Shown here piece after piece: positions 61,745-64,000 of a stretch of 64,000 nucleotides of DNA. This DNA comes from Leucoraja erinacea. Taxonomy: Eukaryota. The translations under genes and the position numbers were made by a program. Positions within the stretch are counted from its first letter, which is position 1. Each line of letters starts with the position of its first letter. The notes below the pieces were generated by a model. The model was not told where the DNA came from, made no database searches, and saw only the letters and a list, made by a program, of their open reading frames with translations. The stretch lies in the NCBI RefSeq assembly GCF_028641065.1, contig NC_073397.1, positions 32,922,001-32,986,000 on the forward strand. The letters are read 5' to 3'.

Positions 61745-63581
61745 TATATGAAGAGGAAAAAATTAGTTCAGAGCAATGTTGGACCCTTGAAGACCGAAAA
61801 AGGTGAATTTCTTATGGGGAACAAGGAAATGGCAGATGAGTTGAACAGGTACCTTGGATCCGTCTTCACTAAGGAGGACACAAACAATCTTCCTGATATA
61901 GTAGTGGCCAGAGGATCTGGGGAGACAGAGGAGCTGAAGGAAATCCATGTTAGGCAGGAAATGGTGTTGGGTAGACTGATGGGACTGAAGGCTGATAAAC
62001 CCCCAGGCCCTGATGGTCTGCATCCCAGGGTACTTAAGGAAGTGGCTTTGGAAATCGTGGACGCATTAGTGATCATTTTCCAATGTTATATAGATTCAGG
62101 ATCAGTTCCTGTGGATTGGAGGGTAGCTAGTGTATATCCCACATTTTAAGAAAGGAGGGAGAGAAAAAACTGGGAATTATAGACCAGTTAGCCTGACATC
62201 GGTGGTGGGAAAGATGCTGGAGTCAATTATGAAAGATGAAATAGCGGCACATTTGCCGACACAGGATCGGTCCAAGTCAGCATGGATTTACGAAGGGGAA
62301 ATCATGCTTGACTTCTGGAATTTTTTGAGGATGTAACTATGGAAATGGACAAGGGAGAGCCAGTGGATGTAGTGTACCTGGACTTTCAGAAAGCTTTTGA
62401 TAATGTCCCACATAGGAGATTAGTGGGCAAAATTAGAGCACATGGTATTGGGGGTAGAGTGCTGACATGGATAGAAAATTGGTTGGCAGACAGGAAACAA
62501 AGAGTAGGGATCAACGGGTCCCTTTCAGAATGGCAGGCAGTGACTAGTGGGGTACCGCAAGGCTCTGTGCTGGGACCAGCAGTGACTAGTGGCGTACCGC
62601 AAGGCTAAGTGCTGGGACCACAGCTATAAATTCATGATTTAGATGAAGGGTTTAAAAGTAACATAAACAAATTTGCAGATGACACAAAGCTGGGTGGCAG
62701 TGTGAACTGTGAGGAGGATGCTATGAGGATGCAGGGTGACTTAGAATAGTTGGGTGAGTGGGCAGATGCAGTTTAATGTGGATAAATGGGAGGTTATCCA
62801 CTTTGGTGGCAAGAACAGGAAGGCAGATTGGTATCTGAATGGTGTCAAGTTAGGAAAGGGGGAAGTACAACGAGATCTGGGGGTCCTTGTTCATCAGTCA
62901 ATGAAAGTAAGCATGTAGGTACAGCAGGTAGTGAAGATAGCTAATAGCATGTTGGCCTTCATAACAAGAGGAGTTGAGTATAGGAGCAAAGATGTCTTTC
63001 TGCAGTTGTACAGGGCCCTAGTGAGACCACACCTGGAGAATTGTGTGCAGTTTTGGACTCCAAATTTGAGGGAGGACATTCTTGCTATTGAGGGAGTGCA
63101 GCGTAGGTTCATGAGGTTAATTCCTGGGATGGCTGGACTGTCATATGTTGAAAGAATGGAGCGGCTGGGCTTGTATACACTGGAGTTTAGAAGGATGAGA
63201 GGGAATCTTATTGAAACATTTAAGATTATTAAGGGATTGGACACACTAGAGGCAGGAACCATGTTCCCGATGTTGGGGGAGTCAGAACAAGGGGCCACAG
63301 TTTAAGAATAAGGGGTAGGCCATTTAGAACAGAGATGAGGAAAAACTTTTTCACACAGAGAATTGTGAATCTGTGGAATTCTCTACCTCAGAAGGCTGTG
63401 GAGGCTAATTCACTGGATGCTTTCAAGAGGGGGCTGGATAGAGCTCTTAAAGGTAGCGGAGTCAATGGATATGGGGAGGAGGCAGGAACGGGGTACTGAT
63501 TGTGGATGATCAGCCACGATCACAGTGAATGGCGGTGCTGGCTCGAAGGGCCTAATGTTCTATTCCTGCACCTATTGTCTA
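61745..63581 (+). mobile_element. CR1 LINE, 5'-truncated ORF2 (RT) pseudogene
   Basis: PGPDGLHPRVLKE, NYRPVSLTS, YLDFQKAFD, SGVPQGSVLGP, FADD; frameshifts and an internal ~42-bp tandem duplication; CR1 3' tail. Confidence 0.92.
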
Positions 63582-64000
63582 TTAAGTCCACACCGACCGG
63601 CGATCCCCGCGCATTAACACTATCCTACACACACTAAGGGACATTTTACATTTGTACCAAGCTACTTATCTTACAAACCCACGCAGATCACGGGGAGAAA
63701 GTACAAACTCATTACAGACAGAACCCGTGGTCAGGATCGAACCTGGGTCTCTGGCGCTGTGAGGCAGTAACTCTACCGCTGTGCCCCTATGTTGCAGTAA
63801 TATTTTAAATGTATAATGAGCGTTTGTCAGCACTGGGCCTGTACTCGCTGGAGCTTAGATGGGTGGGCAGGCGGTGGGGGACTCATTGATACATACTGAC
63901 TAATGAAAGTCGTGGATAGATTGGATGTGGAGAAGATGTTTCCACTAGTGGGAGAGTCTACGGCCAGAGACCATAGCCTCAGATTATGAAGAGTTCCTGT

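Noticed and set aside
61748-63305. Active reverse transcriptase gene
   Set aside because: Frameshifts, stops and 5' truncation show a dead CR1 copy

Overview
Vertebrate genomic DNA, most likely a skate or ray (inferred from HE1-like SINEs, CR1 LINEs and palindromic Penelope-derived repeats). 1-10810 holds the last eight coding exons of STAU1 (+), followed by a long repeat-poor putative 3'UTR. 17.9-35.9 kb holds the main discovery: a non-coding snoRNA host gene (ZFAS1-like) that has been tandemly amplified in ~3 kb units. A typical unit carries its own NRF1/TATA minisatellite promoter, a mini exon 1, two short non-coding exons flanking an intronic box C/D snoRNA of the SNORD12/SNORD106 family, and a Tc1 element at the junction with the next unit. 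There are 7 snoRNA copies, 6 promoter copies and one putative terminal exon. 36-58 kb is repeat-rich intergenic DNA. 58.3-61.6 kb holds exons 1-2 of an SBSPON-like gene (+). Minimal hammerhead-ribozyme motifs are dispersed through the window in palindromic repeats, and one sits next to a Penelope GIY-YIG remnant. Family assignments come from remembered sequences and motifs, not database searches.
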